This document shows, one piece after another, positions 18,840 to 30,600 of a DNA stretch of 57,108 bases (positions are counted from its first letter, which is position 1; each line of letters opens with the position of its first letter). Made by a program: the position numbers and the translations under genes. The stretch covers positions 1-57,108 of the forward strand of contig CAZBXX010000001.1 of NCBI GenBank assembly GCA_964495965.1. The letters are read 5' to 3'. Origin of the DNA: an uncultured Oscillospiraceae bacterium. GTDB lineage: Bacteria; Bacillota; Clostridia; Oscillospirales; Oscillospiraceae. The notes under the pieces are model-generated. The model searched no databases, had not been told where the DNA came from, and saw nothing but the letters and a program-made list of their open reading frames with translations.

Positions 18840-21587
18840 TTAAATATCGGCACTAAGCATGAAGTAGCCGCTCCCGTTTGTGCCGATGAATGCGTACCCG
18901 GCTTGCCCGGCTGTCATGGTGTTGGTTGCGCTCAGTTGGATGTTGATGAGTCCGTCTCCGGGTGAGTACCCGACTTCGTAAATGCCGCTCACGCTCAGAG
19001 TCCCGGAGATGCTTGAGCCGCCCGGATAGGCAACCATCTGTAGTTCTGTTGAGGAAAGTAAGACGGTCGGTGTTGCCCTCATCGGCACAACCGGGATTGC
19101 CATCAGGCAGACAACGGAGTTGCTTCTCACGACTGCGTTATAGAACTTCCACTGGTTCTGATAGCCGATGACCTGATAGTAATACTGGCACTTTCGCAAC
19201 TGGTCACGGTAATCGGGAATCTCGTTCAGCACCCACACACCGTTTTCTTGGTGGGCAAGAGTCTGGGTGTCTCCCAACTCTAATTTGATCGCTTTTATAG
19301 TGGTGGTTTCAGTCGCTACTGAATAGAATGCCACCCATAGTGATGAGATTCCAGATGGGATTACCCCAGTTGCGCTTAAAAGCCCGCCTGTTCTTCCACC
19401 ATTATCCAGAATGACATTCGAACTGTCGGCAACAAGACGAATTCGACACGGTGAGGTTGTTGCCCCCTCATACAGAGCGGAGACAGTCAGAGTTTTCCCG
19501 ATGTACTGAGTCGGGTTGTCAAGGTACTGCCGTATGACATACCAATTTCCCTGTGTACGACTTGCCGTAATGCCATTAGAAGTAAGTGTCAGCGTGGTAT
19601 AACTTTCAATACTTTTCCATCTATCAATGGTATAAGCATTTGCACTGCTGTAAACTGTTTGACCCCTCTGATTAATCGGAAACTGTCCGCCGCCCTGTTG
19701 AGAACCGCCGCCTACAAAGTACCAGTTGTCCAAGAGATTGGGATTTACAGTTGCGACATTCCCGCTCCCCAGCAGGCTCTGTCCGTTGACGGTCTTGATG
19801 TTCGTGCCGCTGACTAATGTTGCCTGTTTAGTGGCAAGCTTAGTGTCCATTTCCTCGGACAGGGCAACCTCCGTCCAGTGTGCTGCATTCCACGGCTCGC
19901 CACCTGTGATAGCTGTCGTGCAGCGGTAAAGATGACTCCCGCTAATGCAGTAGTCACCAACAGCGTAATTTGCCGTTGTGGAATAATAATCTGCCAGAGA
20001 AAGCAGGACGTTCTGAAGTGTTTGAATAAGGGTCGTGTCTGCTTGTCCAAGTCTGTCCATAGTTTCTTGGACTGATTGGTTGCTCGAAGCCGGAATGTCT
20101 GTTGCCGTCAGTGCAATGTTTCCGTTGGTATCCGGGGAAACGTTGTTCACGGTGCTGGCGGAACCTGTGCCGTCCATCACATCAAAGTTCCGGCTGCCGT
20201 TCACGTCCGTTATGGTGACTCGGTGCCCACCTGTAATATCCGCCACAGCAATGATCGGGGAGTATCCGTCCTGCCCGTCGTCGCCGTCAGCTCCTGCGGG
20301 TCCCTGCGGTCCGGTAGCTCCGGTTTCACCGGTTTCCCCCTGCGGCCCCTGCGGTCCGGTCGCGCCTGTCTCGCCCTTCAGGTTGCGGAAAGCAAACGAA
20401 AACACCTTTGCCGTGTCCGGTCCGGATGCTGTAACCGTAACAGCAGGCGTTCCGGTATTCGCATCAATCGTCGCTGTCGGCGTTCCGAATCCGGCGGCGT
20501 CGCCGGTATCCCCCTTTGCGCCCTGCGGTCCCTGCGGGCCCGTGGCTCCGTCCGTCCCGTTCAGCACGTCAAAGGTTTTCACACCGCTGGCGTCCGTTAC
20601 CGCTACCCTTGTTCCCCCGGTAATTGCGCTCACCGCCACAGTCGGTGAGTAACCGTCATCGCCGTCCGCTCCGGCAGGTCCTGTCTCGCCGGTCGGCCCC
20701 TGGAGCTGCCCGAGGCTTCTCCACGTGCCGTTATCGTACATATAAATGGTATAGGGCGCCTCTGCTCCCACGTTCCACATCTCAGACTGCTGCGCGCTGG
20801 CGGGCAGGTTCGCGACAGCGGATACCGTTCCGGAGATATACAGCCCGGTCCCCGGATCACCCTTGTCGCCCTTCTCGCCCTGCGGCCCCTGCGGTCCCTG
20901 CGGTCCGGCAGCGCCCGGCTCCCCGTCCTCGCCGTCCATCACGTCAAAAGTGGACGTTCCGTCCTTATCGGTGATAGCGATTCTGTGCCCGCCGGTGATG
21001 GTCGTCACGTCCACGGTCGGCGCCACGCCGTCTCCGTTCAGCACGTCCACGGTCTGCGTTCCGTTCACGTCCGTGATGATCAGCCGGTGCCCGCCGGAAA
21101 TCCGGCTCACGACCACCGTCGGGGATACTCCGTTCACGCCGTCGGCCCCGTCAAACTCTCCCGCGTCCGCGTCGTCGCGCACGCTCTGCGCCGTTTCCAG
21201 CGCTTCCGTGGCGGCCGCCTGCACCTGATCCGCCCAGCTGGGCGTCGGCACCAGCGGTGAAGATTCCGACCGCTGTGTACCCACTTCAATCCGGCCCACC
21301 ACGGCCCAGATCGTCGGTATTACAATCTCACCCTCAGTATCGGCGCCGTATATTCCGATTTCCAGCAGCCCGTAAGGTTCCGCAATCACTTCCCACGGCA
21401 CCGTGCAGGCGTTGTCCAGAATCAGCACGTCCCGCTCCACGTCGCTGCCCCGGAAAACCGCCGTCTTCGTCAGTCCTTCCCAGTCGTCCGTAAATATGAA
21501 ATTGACCGGGATACCAACAGCCCCGCTGGTTACGGGGCTCAGCGGCGTCGCCAGCGCGCCTCTGTTTTTCACGTTCACCCGAATCAT
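18840..21587 (-). CDS. tail fibre / receptor-binding protein with collagen-like segments
   Basis: 915-aa ORF with an AAAGGAG RBS. It has G-X-Y runs ('[19 protein letters not shown]', '[28 protein letters not shown]'), four ~35-aa 'SPTVxVxxITGGHRxxITDxxGxxxFDVxDG' repeats and a distinct C-terminal domain. Confidence 0.8.
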   Translation of the reverse strand: MIRVNVKNRGALATPLSPVTSGAVGIPVNFIFTDDWEGLTKTAVFRGSDVERDVLILDNACTVPWEVIAEPYGLLEIGIYGADTEGEIVIPTIWAVVGRIEVGTQRSESSPLVPTPSWADQVQAAATEALETAQSVRDDADAGEFDGADGVNGVSPTVVVSRISGGHRLIITDVNGTQTVDVLNGDGVAPTVDVTTITGGHRIAITDKDGTSTFDVMDGEDGEPGAAGPQGPQGPQGEKGDKGDPGTGLYISGTVSAVANLPASAQQSEMWNVGAEAPYTIYMYDNGTWRSLGQLQGPTGETGPAGADGDDGYSPTVAVSAITGGTRVAVTDASGVKTFDVLNGTDGATGPQGPQGAKGDTGDAAGFGTPTATIDANTGTPAVTVTASGPDTAKVFSFAFRNLKGETGATGPQGPQGETGETGATGPQGPAGADGDDGQDGYSPIIAVADITGGHRVTITDVNGSRNFDVMDGTGSASTVNNVSPDTNGNIALTATDIPASSNQSVQETMDRLGQADTTLIQTLQNVLLSLADYYSTTANYAVGDYCISGSHLYRCTTAITGGEPWNAAHWTEVALSEEMDTKLATKQATLVSGTNIKTVNGQSLLGSGNVATVNPNLLDNWYFVGGGSQQGGGQFPINQRGQTVYSSANAYTIDRWKSIESYTTLTLTSNGITASRTQGNWYVIRQYLDNPTQYIGKTLTVSALYEGATTSPCRIRLVADSSNVILDNGGRTGGLLSATGVIPSGISSLWVAFYSVATETTTIKAIKLELGDTQTLAHQENGVWVLNEIPDYRDQLRKCQYYYQVIGYQNQWKFYNAVVRSNSVVCLMAIPVVPMRATPTVLLSSTELQMVAYPGGSSISGTLSVSGIYEVGYSPGDGLINIQLSATNTMTAGQAGYAFIGTNGSGYFMLSADI
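20163..21146 (-). repeat. intragenic repeat region of the tail fibre (four beta-module repeats interleaved with collagen-like triplets)
   Basis: Covers aa ~148-475 of the fibre. The repeated peptide modules and GXY tracts were read directly from the translation. Confidence 0.7.
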
Positions 21588-21662
21588 CTGTCTGCTCCTT
21601 TGCGTTTTCTGCTTATACTTTAATTTATGGAGACGGAGAATCGAATCCCCGCCCCCATGTTT

Positions 21663-24600
21663 TTACGGATGCTTTGCCGCCCACCAGCTCAGGTCATGCG
21701 ACCATCCCTGCGCGGCCCAGACTCTTACCGCGTCGTCCCAGCTCATCCGGCCGCCCTGGACCGCGTCTCTCAGCACGTAGCCCAGTTCGTCCTGCTTCAG
21801 GCTTCCGTTGTTGTCCGTGTCCGCTCTCTTCAGCATCTCCGTGTACTGCTGCAGGCTCATCCCCGCCGGTTTCGCCGCGTAGGTCGCCTGCTTCTTGTCG
21901 CCGCCGTACAGCGGCGCCGCCTTCGAAAAGCTGTCGTAGTCCGTGACCGCCGTGTTCGCCTGGCTTCCGGAGCTGCCGCTCTTGCTGCCGGTGCCGCTCT
22001 TGCTGCCGGAGGAGCTGCCGCTCTTCTTGCCGCCCAGCCACCAGTCATAGTCGTGGCTCTCCGCCCAGCCCTGGGCCTTCCAGATGGCGTCCGCCTGCTG
22101 CTTTGTCAGGCTGCCTGCGTCCACTTCCGCCTTCAGGTACTCGCCCATTTCATCCTGGGTCACGCTGTTGTTCCCGCTCGCATCCGCATCGCCCAGCATC
22201 GCCTGGTATTTGTTCTTCGTGATGCCCAGCGGTTCCAGCAGTTCTTTCCACGCGGCTTCCTTCTCCGGCTTCAGGGCGTTGCCGTCGTAGGTCCGGATCT
22301 TCCACTCATCCTTCCGCCCGTTCATCACGGTGTTCCAGATGGCGGTCACGTCCCTGGTCAGGTTCGATACCGCAAGGCCCGACAGCTGGCTCAGCGCCTG
22401 CAGCGTCTTGTACACCTTGCCCCACTGCGTCATCTTGCCGTAATAGGTCACCTTTGTGGCCTTGTCCAGTTTCCCGGTTGACAGCTCAATGGTTTCCTTC
22501 CAGATCTCGCACACATTCAGCAGATTGTTGAACGCCGTTACCGACATATCCCCGCTGCTGTATCCCTGCAGCGTCGAGATAAAGTTCTTGATAAACGGCA
22601 GCTTCCCGAGGATGGTCATGTCCTGCGCCATGTTTCCGCGCATCCACTTCCCGTCTTCTCCCCACAGCGCCTGCCTGAACTTCTCCCAGAATTCCTCGTC
22701 GTCATCGTCCCGCATCGCGTCCGCGATGGATTCCACAACCGCCGAGAAGGCCGCGCTGCACACGTACACCGTGAACGCTTTCCCTATCTTTCCGGAGTTT
22801 CGCACCCAGGCTCCGGCCTTGCCATTCTTCCTGGCGTCCAGCGAGTATTCGCTCACCGCATCCAGCAGGATGTTGTAGCTCAGCGTCGGCTCCGCCATGA
22901 ACGCGCTCGCCATCTTTGTGAACGTGGTCTTCCCTCTCATGATTTCCGACCGCGTCAGCGTGCTGTCCATCACCTGGCTGGAATACACCACCTCACGGAA
23001 CAGGTCCGCGGTTTTCTCCATCAGTTCCTCGTGGCTCAGTTTTCCGTCCCGCGCCCGCACCTGCCGCTTGCAGGCCGTCCACAGCATCGACCAGGTCAGC
23101 TGGTCTCCCTTCTCCGCCAGCGTCATCGAGGCTTCCGCCAGCTTGTCCTTCACGGTATCCGCGTGGGCGATCTGCCCCCGCATCCCCTTGGAGATGTCCG
23201 TGTCGTAGTAGCCCAGCGCTTTCCACACCGCCGTCCCGGAGTATTTCATCGCTTCCCGGTAGGCCGCGACGCTCGGCAGCACCCCGATCAGGTTCTGCGG
23301 CTTCAGCACCGTCATCGCCCGCAGGTAGCTTGTCGGCTGCAGCATCGCCACGCGCAGGTTCGCGCCAACGGCCGCGATCTTGTAGTTGCTCATCAGCTTG
23401 CCCGGCAGGTTCATGCCCCGGTCGCCGGATTCCGTCACGCCGTTGATGTCCTTCATCAGCGTCCGGAAGTATGACAGCGCCTTGCTGCCGAACGCCTGTT
23501 CCATCGCACTCTGGATGGTCTTGGTGTCGTAGGTCCCGTCTTCCAGGTCCACCCGTTCCTTGTAGTTGAACCATTTGATCGCGTCCAGGATCGGCAGGCC
23601 CATACCGTTGAGCTTGGCCATGTCGCCCATGTGCTCAGAGAAGGTGTCAAAGATGTCCCCAACAATCAGGGCGTTGCTCGCCTTCGGGTTCAGCGCCTTG
23701 CTGCTCGACAGGTTCAGCAGCCGGAACATGCTGTTCGTCTGCGCGTCGGTGTCGGCCATCGGCCGGTCGTTCGCGTCGGTCCGGATCGGATAGTAGCTCT
23801 CCCCTTCGGTATAGAAGTTGTACCCGAACCGCCGCATGGAGATTTCGTTCCCAAGTTTCGCACCTTCCGCCGCCATGTACAGCTGCAGCGCCTTTGCGAC
23901 CTCGGCCTGCCGCGCCGTCAGGCTGCCCACAATTTCCCGGATCTCCATCGCCGTCAGGTGGTAGTGCGTCGTGTCGTGCACTTCCCCGGTCTTCAGCTTG
24001 ATGTCTCCGATGCGGATGCCGCCCTTCTGGATATGCTGCAGGGCCTGCTGCCGCCCGACCAGTCCGTTCAGCTCCATAATCTGCGCCGTGGTCATCGTGA
24101 TCCTGCTGCCGTCCGCCAGCGTAAACGTGTGCTGCTCCTTCTTCCATCTGTTCACTTCCCTGTCCGTGTACAGGTTTTCCGTAAAGTTGATAATCTTCTG
24201 GGCGTTGAAGGCCATTTTCTCCCAGCCCTTCGTCAGTCCTTCAAAGATCGCCTTCCCGCCTTCCCCGTACCGCTTCATCACGTAATACGGCGTGCCGTTC
24301 TCCCAGGCGGCAAACCGGCTCAGCGCGGTCCCGGCCGTGGCCCTGGCCCGGCCCAGCCTGTTCATGTGCTCCCAGTCTCCGGCGGCCGCTTCCCGCACGC
24401 TCTCGAATCTTGCGTTCGCCATGAAGCTGTTCATGTTCCGGATCGCCGCATACAGGTTCGACAGGAAATTGCTCAGTTGCTTCAGCTCCGCCGCCGTCAT
24501 GCTGTTGATGGTGTAGGTCCGTCCGTCCGCCATCGCCCGGGTAATCATCCCGGCCGTGTTCCGCAGAAAGTCCAGGCTGTCCTGCGAGATGTCCACATAG

Positions 24601-27600
24601 CCGCCCAGATCTGTCTCCACGCTGCCGTCGCCGTCAATGTACCGCTGCTGGTTCTGCAGCAGCTGCTGCAGCTGCTGCAGCCTTGCGGCAAATGCCTGGT
24701 CGTTTCTCGTCTCCGCGCCGCCCCGCAGCGCCCTCTTGCTGGTAAAGTCCAGCTCGCTCAGAAACTCCGCCAGCGGCGCCTTCAGCACTTCGGGCACGTG
24801 CGTCTTGTTGTCGTTCTTCATCAGCATGGTGTAGAGCCTGTTGGCTTTCTCCGTCACCTGCGCCCGGTATTTCGTCACGCCTGCGGATTCTTCCCTGCGC
24901 TCCTTCGCCCGCTTCTGCACGTCCTGGTAGTGCTCTTTCAGCGCCCGGTTCTTCTTCGCGCTCCGGGCCTTTTCCTTTGCCACGCGCTCGGCGGCCCTTG
25001 CCCGGCCTTCCGCCTGCACCTGCGCCACGCGCTCGCTGGCCCGCTCCTGCAGCGCCTGGTATTTCTCTTCGGCCTTCGCCAGTTTCTCGTTGAGCTTCGC
25101 AATCTGCGTGTAGAGCTTTCCGGCTTCCTTCTCCGTGAGCTTCTTCTCTTTCGTCAGCTCCCTGATCTTCTGCCCCAGCTCCTTGTTGCGCGCCTGCATC
25201 CTCTCGTTCCTGGTCATCGGGTCCAGCCTCAGCGCCTCGCGGTCCGGCAGCAGCACCTCGTCCATCATCACGTCGTGCGCCAGGCGGATCGCCGCGCTCT
25301 CCACTGCCTCGCCCATGTAGGCTTCAAACGGGTTCACGGTCTCCTGCTTCCGGCTCGCCTGCAGCAGCTGCGACATAATTTCCAGCTGCTCCCCTTCGTT
25401 GTTCACCTGCGGGAAATAGTTCTCGCCGTAGTCGTTCTGCAGCTCGCTGTAGAATGCGTCGATGTTCGTGTATTCAGCCGGGTTCTGCCGGTAGGCTTTG
25501 CTCTCGCTTCCCGTCACCGATACCTTGAAGCCCAGGTGCGCCCGGTTGAATTCCTGGATGCTCTCATAGCCGCCCGCGTCGTGAATGTGCTCCGGGTTGT
25601 CCAGCACGAATTTTGTCGGGTTCTCCCTGCTTCCGGCAATCCGTCCCGCAATGCTCAGGATGGTCTCGTCCGCCGTAACGGTTTCGTCCGTCACCTGCGC
25701 GTTTTCCACCACGTCCGCCGCGATCTCCCTTGCCATTTCCAGGATGACGGTCGGCTGCACGTCCGCCGCCTGCACCAGGTAGTCGCCCATCGCCTTGATC
25801 TTTGCGGCGACCTCGTCCACGTTTGACGTCCCGCTGTATTCGCTGATAAACGCCTTCGCCATCTTCCTGGCGTCGCTCGTCCGCACTTCCGGCGTCTTCC
25901 CGATGTTCAGCCGCTTCTGGATCTCGCCGATGCTCAGCTTCGCGCCCCTTGTCAGCTCCCGGGTCCCGGCGAACAGCTCGCCCAGGATCTCCGCCTGGCT
26001 GCGGTACATCGTGTACGCGATCTCGCGCCCGCTCTCTTCCGGCGCCGTGTCGTCATAGCTGTCGTCGGCATGCTGGAACAGCGGCTGTCCCACTTCCAGC
26101 ACGTCCTTCCGCATGGCGTCCGTGATCCGCACGCCCCACACTTCGTCGTATCCGTCAATCCTGCCGCCCGGGTTGACGCCCAGCGTCTCGACCCTGCCGC
26201 CCCACTGCTTCGTGTACTTGCCCATGAACTTCGGCAGCTTCTGGTCGTATTCAATCCGGTAGCCTTCCGCATAGCTGCTGGACCAGCGCTCTTCCTGCTG
26301 TTTGGCCGTCGTCCACCCGACCACGTCATAGCCGTCTTCCGCCGCCATCCTCATCAGGTGCTTCATCACATACTCGTGGTACGTGTCCGCGCTCCCGGCA
26401 AAGGGCACATCCGGCGGCGCTGAACTGTTTTTTACCGACAGGCTGAGCGCCTTCGTTTTTGCCTTTCGCATTTCGGCCCTTGCCTCTGTTGCCTTTTTCT
26501 TGAGCTCGATCTCGTCCGCGGTCATCATGGCCATTATCTGAGTTTCGGCAATCGCTCCCTCACGGAGAACTTCCGGATCATTATCGAAAAAGTTCGGGTT
26601 GTATATCGGGCTCTCTTCCAGCCCGATCAGCCAGTCGCTGATAGAGTCCGCTGACACGCCCGGCATCTTCTTGCCGCTGGCCTTCACTCTGGCGTACAGT
26701 TCCTCAGCAAGCCTGTCTGCCTCGTCTCCCATGCGTCTGTTGAGTGTTTCCGCCTCGCGCAAGGCGCGTTCAGCCTCTTTGTACTGCCGCTCGGTATCTT
26801 CCGTCCGGTATCCGGTCTGCGCGCCCTCGTTGTGCAGGTCGCTCTGGATCTCTTCCACAAACAGCATCCTGCCCGCGTGCTCGCCGAATTCCGTTTCAAA
26901 GGCTTCAAAGTCCTGCACCCGGGCGTGGGCGATAATGCCGTACCCGCTGCGTTCTGTGTGGCCCCAGTGCGTTGCCATCGCGTTGTTGGTGTAGTCCAGT
27001 TCCGGCATCCGGAACAGGATCTCGCGGTAGTTCTCCCCGCTTTCAAGCCTGTAGTCTCCCCATCTCGCGCCGTTCGGGAACATATTGTCTTCAAGGTCGT
27101 ACGGGTCCACGTCCATGCGCTCGCTGTAGCCAACGATCACGCTGCCCACTTTGGCCACATAGTACGGACCTTCCGTCTCTGCGAGAATGTCTTCACCTTC
27201 CGGAAGCTCTTCCGTTTCCTCAAACGTGACGCTGTCACCGTGTGCTTCCCTCATCGCCTGCTCAAATTCTTCCCTCGTGTTGTACTCTTCGTTGGCAATC
27301 GGGTCGCGCTGGTATCCTTCCCGGAGCAGCTTTTCTTTCTCCCTGTCGTCCAGTATCTGCGTCTCAATGTTCAGGTCGTTCCCCTGCAGGAACTCCTGCA
27401 CTTCGGCTTTCGTGACACTCTTCCTGCCTTCCAGCCACGGCTGCAGCCCGGCCCAGCGGATTTCCTCGGCCTTCACGCCCTTGCCCCGCAGCCACGGGAT
27501 CACGGCGTTTCCGGCCATCTTGTCCGGCATCGGCCTGCCCTTCGGGTTCGTCCACTCGTCCACGGTGTTCCGCAGCTTGCTGTAGAACACCGGCGCCCAG

Positions 27601-30600
27601 CCGTTGTGCGCGTCGTCCGCCTGCTGGCAGAACACTTCCCTCTGGTTCCGGTAGCTGTTCAGCCGGTTCAGGAACTCCTGCGCTTCGGCCCGGTCTTCCG
27701 GCAGCAGCCGGTCGCCGTCCAGCAGCTTGTGCAGGTGGTCCTTCTCCTTTTGCACGTTGTTCGCCGCGGCGTCCATCCGGGCATAGAACATGCTCGCCGG
27801 TTCATCGGTTTTCCTCGCCCCGGTAAACAGGTCCCCCGGCACGTATCCCGGATAGTACAGGCTCGGGTGCCGTCTCCGGTACCATTTGTCAAAGTCCGCA
27901 TTGCGGGCCTCGGTCCTGCCTTTGGAACCCGGGATGTTGACTGTGCGGTACGCCCCGTTCTCGATGGTTCCCCTGCCCTTCCCGGGCGACTCTGCGGAAT
28001 ATGCCTCGCTGACGTACCGGCTCCGCAGCCGGTTGCCCGCGCTGCCCAGCAGCGCTTCCATCAGCTCAAAGGTTCTTGTCCTCTTCCTGCCGACCTGCTG
28101 CTGCTCGGAAAACCGCGACAGGATGTCCAGCACGTCTTCCGCTCCGTAAATGGTCCCGGCGCCGTATTCGTTCCCGGTCCGGTATGCCTTCGCGCTCAGC
28201 ATCTCCGCCAGTCTCTCGCCCAGCTCTTCCCGGGTGACGCCTTCCGGCGCAATCTCTTCGTTCAGCAGCCCGGCCAGCACGCCAAAGTCTGCGTCGTTCA
28301 GCCCGCTCACAAACTCCCGGACCCGGGCCTGCGCCTGCTCCGCCGTCCGGATTCTCCCGCGGAACTCTTTGCTCCAGCCCGCTCTGGTATCAGCCCGGCT
28401 GTAGTCCCCGCCGGTCCACTCGTCCATGCTCACCTGGTCGTCATTCACCTGCTGGAACTGCGCGCCTTCCACGGAGTTTATAACGCGCCTGCGGTCTTCA
28501 ATGTCCCCGGCCTTATAGGTCAGCACGTTCAGGCCGAGGTCGCGCATCTGCTTCAGCAGATCCGCGTGCTCGGTCTCGGCGCTGTCTTCCACAATGTAGG
28601 CCAGCGGCTCGTCCAGCGTGGCCACCCGCCGCATCTTTGCTTCGAAATACGGGACGTTGATGTTCCGGGTGTCTTCTGCCAGCTGCCACAGCTCGTCCGT
28701 CAGCGCCGGGTCGTAGTTGATCCACTGCGCCTCTTTCCGGAGCTTCCGGTCCATCTGCTGTTTGGTCTTGCTGTCCCGGACCGCTTCCAGAAGGATCTCT
28801 CTTGTGGAGTCCGTTGTCTCCCAGCGCTCATCCTTCGCGGCCGCCCGGACCAGCTCGTGCAGCCGGTCGTTCAGCGCTTCCTTCTGTCCGTAGAAAACAT
28901 CGTCGTCCACGTGCCCGTCGTAGAGTCTTCCGACGTCCGCCCGGGCCTCTTCCACGCTTCCGAAATCCTTCATACCGGCGCCAATCAGGTTCACGCCAAA
29001 GGCTGAAATGCCCTTCTCGTTCTCCTGATCCATAATCGCGACCGTGTTTTCCAGCGTTGCCGGTACGTGCAGCTGCTGGAAGCTCCGCCGGTTCCCGCTC
29101 GGCGTGAACGGATCTTTGTTGTTCCGCAGCCCGCTGTCGACGATAACCCCGTTGAACAACTCTTCCAGCCACGCCCGGTACTTCGGGTCCTCTTCAATCT
29201 CCGTGTTCTTCCGCAGCACGCTTTCCAGCTCTCCGCTGTCCGGAATCTGGACTTCTTTCCGCCCGTCGTCCCGCCAGGTGCGGAACGCATCCTGAATCGC
29301 TCCGACGTGCACATTCCCGGTTTTATAAAGCGGCGCTTTTTCCAGATACCTGAGCTTGTCTTCCTGGTCCTTCAGCGCGCGCTTGAACTTGCCTGTTTTC
29401 TCTACCGTCTTCCGCAGCCTGTCGGTCTCTTCCCGCGCTTCCTCAACTGCCTGCCGGTTCAGCACGTCTGCGACCTTCTGCCGGAATCCTTCGTTATCGT
29501 AAGTCGCGTTCTCGATTTCTTCCTCGCTGATTGCGTCGAAAATCGCCAGCAGCTTCTTGTTGCTGTATCTCCCGAAACCGTCCAGGGTTTTTACCTTCGT
29601 CGGCAGCTCCGGCTCCTGGCCGATACTCCGCATATAGGCATATTTCAGGGCATCCGTTGACTTCAGCGCCTCAAAGACGTCGCCCTCTTTCTGCCCCAGG
29701 CTTTGCTCAACCAGCTGGGTGTCCAGCCTTGTGTCAACGCGCAGCGCATAATAAGCGTTTCCCAGCTCTTTCCTGAGCCGGTCTTTGATGCTGTTCAGCT
29801 TCCTGTAATCCGCCTCGTACTCCACCCGCGGCTCCGTGGGCGTCCATGCGTCCCCGCCGTAAATCCGGTTTCTCCGGTTCACCTTCGGGTCAATGCTCCT
29901 GCGCGGGAAGATAATGGATACCGGCCCGAAATGGTTGTGCACGTCTCCGGCTTTCTTGATGGCCACGCTCGGGTACGGCACGCCGCCCCGCATAATCATC
30001 CGCCGCAGCCCGCTGTAGGTTTTGTTATGTACGGCAATCAGCCGGTCGGTCTCCTCGACCTCGCCCGCCATCATAAACTGCGTCTTCGGCGCCTGCTCGG
30101 TGTACTCAATCTTCACCCCGGCCTCTTCCAGCGCCCGCAGCAGCGCAGGCGGCACCACATTGCTGGGCACGGCAATGTCGGTCCCGTCCAGCAGCTCCTT
30201 ATAGTGCTGCGCCACTTCCGCTTCCGGCACCTTCCGCACCGGCTTCAGCCACCGGCTGAGATACACGTCCCGCTTCAGGCCCTTGGCTTTGGCGATCTGT
30301 GACGCAACCTTCCCCGCCTTCCACGGCAGCCTGCCGACGGCGTCCTTCGCATACTGCGCCCGGTATCCGCTGGTCAGCTCGCTCTCCGGGATGATGCACT
30401 CATAGGTCACCAGGTTCGGCCGGTTGTACGCCTCGCTGAATTGATCGTTCAGCATCAGGTTCGAGGAATGCTGGTACGGGTTATAGGCCACTCGCGTCGG
30501 CTTGCCGTTATCCTTGAAGATGTCCAGGTGCCCGTATTTCTCCCCGGGCTTGACCGTGACCTTGCTCGGGTCCCCGACGCTCTCTTCCCAGCGGCCCACT

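Noticed and set aside
18840-21587. A diversity-generating retroelement targeting the tail fibre.
   Set aside because: There is no reverse transcriptase gene and no template/variable repeat pair with adenine-specific differences in the window. The repeats are in-frame structural modules.
21638-21655. The shared GAATCGAATCCCCGCCCC motif as a tRNA fragment or att core, because it resembles a T-arm (GGTTCGAATCC-like).
   Set aside because: No acceptor, D or anticodon arms flank either copy, and it is unrelated to the tRNA-Leu T-arm (GCGGGTTCAAGTCCCGC). Both copies sit inside the prophage in intergenic junctions, so they were treated as an RNA hairpin element instead.
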